Below are positions 31,839-33,217 of a stretch of DNA of 33,217 bases, piece after piece. The notes under the pieces were generated by a model. That model was not told where the DNA came from and searched no databases. It was given only the letters and a program-made list of their open reading frames with translations. The position numbers and the translations under genes are program-made. Source of the DNA: Desulfobacteraceae bacterium (GTDB lineage: Bacteria > Desulfobacterota > Desulfobacteria > Desulfobacterales > Desulfosalsimonadaceae); the NCBI GenBank assembly GCA_027353395.1, contig DAIEHU010000001.1, positions 1 to 33,217 on the forward strand, in the 5' to 3' direction. Numbering within the stretch: the stretch's first letter is position 1; every line of letters begins with the position of its first letter.

Positions 31839-32687
31839 ATGACTGAATTTTACGGAATCAAAATTGAAGACATATTCAATTCCATGAAGGGCCGCTTCCG
31901 TCCCGAAGGCGCTTCCGGCGTCACAAACACCTTCGGTTACGCCATCAAGGATGCCGGCAAATGGAAACTGACCATTGCAAACGCTGCAATGGCGATTGAA
32001 AAAACCGATGACCTGTCCGGATGCGATGTGGTTTTAGACACGGACGCTGAAACATTCGTGGGCTTAAACATTGGGAAAGTGGACGCCATGTCCGCCCTGA
32101 CCTCCCGGAAGCTGAAAGTGAGGGGGGATTTCAATACCTTCGGCCTGACCAGCCGGATGTTTCAAAAATACGTGACGCCGGGACAGGAAACAAGGCAGGC
32201 GCAGGAGCTGATCGCCCTTAAAAAAACCATTTCGGTGAATCAGCGCTTTGCTACGGGCCCTGTTTTCGGCAAATTTTTGAAAGGATTAAAAGACAAAAAA
32301 ATACTGGCCATCAAATGCCCGGTGTGCGGGCGGCTTCAATCTCCTCCCAGGGAAACCTGCGCCATTTGCAGGGCCAGAAATAATGAATGGGTGGAAATCG
32401 GACCCAAGGGAGAACTTCGGATGATGGAATACTGCTATTACGCCAGCCCGGACCCCCTGACCGGCGAGACCCGCGAAACCCCTTATGGAGCCGTCGGCAT
32501 TCTTCTGGACGGGTGCAAAGACGAAGAAGTATTCTGGCATCTGCTCCGCCCGGACCAGCTGGACCAGGCCAAAATGGGAAATGTGTTTTACGGCAAGGTG
32601 ACCCACGGCACCCGGCTGCGGCCGGTCTGGAATGAAAAAAGAACCGGCACCATAGAAGACATTAAATATTTTGAAATCGACGAATGA
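31839..32687 (+). CDS. SCP2-DUF35 didomain protein, paralogue of the C-terminal 270 aa of 23112..25457
   Basis: The N-terminal SCP2 pattern is VDAMSALTSRKLKVRGDFNTFGLTSRMF. It is followed by FATGPVFGKFL, KCPVCGRLQSPPRETCAIC, YASPDPLTGETRETPY and RPVWNEKRTG. Confidence 0.85.
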   Translation: MTEFYGIKIEDIFNSMKGRFRPEGASGVTNTFGYAIKDAGKWKLTIANAAMAIEKTDDLSGCDVVLDTDAETFVGLNIGKVDAMSALTSRKLKVRGDFNTFGLTSRMFQKYVTPGQETRQAQELIALKKTISVNQRFATGPVFGKFLKGLKDKKILAIKCPVCGRLQSPPRETCAICRARNNEWVEIGPKGELRMMEYCYYASPDPLTGETRETPYGAVGILLDGCKDEEVFWHLLRPDQLDQAKMGNVFYGKVTHGTRLRPVWNEKRTGTIEDIKYFEIDE

Positions 32688-32698
32688 GGAGTCCGGTC

Positions 32699-33160
32699 AT
32701 GGATAAAAATTTCGATACAACAGATTGTTATATGATTGAAGGAAAACTGGCCCTGCCCTATACGTATTTCGCCGGGCGGGTGGGGAGCACATTTATTACG
32801 ACCATCCGCGACAGGCACAAAATCATGGGCGTGAAATGCAACGCCTGCAATAAGGTATTTGTGCCCCCCCGCCAGACATGCGAACGGTGCCTGGAAGATA
32901 TCCGTGACAACTGGGTGGAACTGGGCAATACCGGGGAGGTCGTCAATTTCACGGTCGTCCGCTACGATGACAAGCACCTGCCGAGAAAAGCCCCATTTGT
33001 AATGGCTATGATTCAACTTGATGGCGCGGACACGCCTATGGTGCATATTCTGGAAGGAATTGATCCTGAAAGAATCACCATCGGCCTGAAAGTCCAGGCG
33101 GTGTTTGCGGCAAAAACCACCAACACCATTTTAGACATCGATCATTTTGAACCGGTATAA
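32699..33160 (+). CDS. Stand-alone DUF35 (Zn-ribbon/OB-fold) protein, paralogue of the N-terminal half of 25479..26378
   Basis: GKLALPYTYFAGRVGSTFI, KCNACNKVFVPPRQTCERC, LDGADTP, LDIDHF. ATG 32699 follows GAGGAG (32687-32692). The ORF-track start at 32684 (ATGA overlap) is an alternative. Confidence 0.8.
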   Translation: MDKNFDTTDCYMIEGKLALPYTYFAGRVGSTFITTIRDRHKIMGVKCNACNKVFVPPRQTCERCLEDIRDNWVELGNTGEVVNFTVVRYDDKHLPRKAPFVMAMIQLDGADTPMVHILEGIDPERITIGLKVQAVFAAKTTNTILDIDHFEPV

Positions 33161-33175
33161 AAAAGGAACCCCATC

Positions 33176-33217
33176 ATGGCGCTCATCTATGAAAAAAAAG
33201 GCCGAATTGCTTATATT
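33176..33217 (+). CDS. 5' end of a further gene with a crotonase-like N-terminus (truncated by the window)
   Basis: ATG 33176 begins MALIYEKKGRIAYI, which resembles the usual enoyl-CoA hydratase start (..E..G.IA.ItLNRP). Only 14 codons are visible. Confidence 0.3.
   Translation, partial: MALIYEKKGRIAYI

Noticed and set aside
1-33217. CRISPR arrays, toxin-antitoxin pairs, restriction-modification or other defence systems, and IS elements
   Set aside because: I saw no regularly spaced repeats, no nuclease, methylase, transposase or recombinase motifs, and no terminal inverted repeats. The unusual content of this window is metabolic, not defence or mobile DNA.

Overview
The window is 33.2 kb with mid-range GC (judged by eye, not computed). 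I found no rRNA, CRISPR array, transposase, integrase or obvious defence genes. The gene content suggests an anaerobic, Desulfobacterales- or syntroph-like chromosome, but that is inference only.

Positions 1-16.7 kb hold mostly ordinary genes:
- split glutamate-synthase-like genes (an amidotransferase gene that runs off the left edge, and an FMN-domain gene)
- two overlapping YkgJ-type Cys-cluster proteins
- a dGTPase-like HD hydrolase and a tRNA-dihydrouridine synthase
- a dienoyl-CoA-isomerase-like crotonase, rimO and a polyprenyl synthase
- a secreted protein of unknown function, tRNA-Val(GAC) and a GNAT acetyltransferase
- a stand-alone CBM48-like protein behind a near-consensus sigma-54 promoter, and a cyclophilin-like protein
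- a small ORF followed by two PilT-family ATPases

Positions 17.0-33.2 kb form one co-directional plus-strand locus that continues past the right edge. In order it encodes an acyl-CoA dehydrogenase (ACAD) pair whose second member is degenerate, a TetR regulator and a PHP phosphoesterase. Then comes a four-gene module: thiolase-fold A, thiolase-fold B, an acyl-CoA ligase-SCP2-DUF35 triple fusion, and a DUF35-MaoC hydratase fusion. After a third ACAD and a 600-aa acyl-CoA ligase, a diverged second copy of the module follows (A', B', SCP2-DUF35, DUF35), and then the first codons of a crotonase-like gene.

The main candidate for something undescribed is this duplicated module. In both copies, both thiolase-fold subunits have every canonical thiolase catalytic residue replaced, and each module also carries two different DUF35 zinc-ribbon/OB proteins and an SCP2 lipid-binding domain. 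That resembles the Ltp2/ChsH2-DUF35 retro-aldolase logic of actinobacterial steroid side-chain cleavage, but here it is built as a heteromeric, partly ligase-fused assembly. All family calls come from motif recognition by eye; no searches were run.
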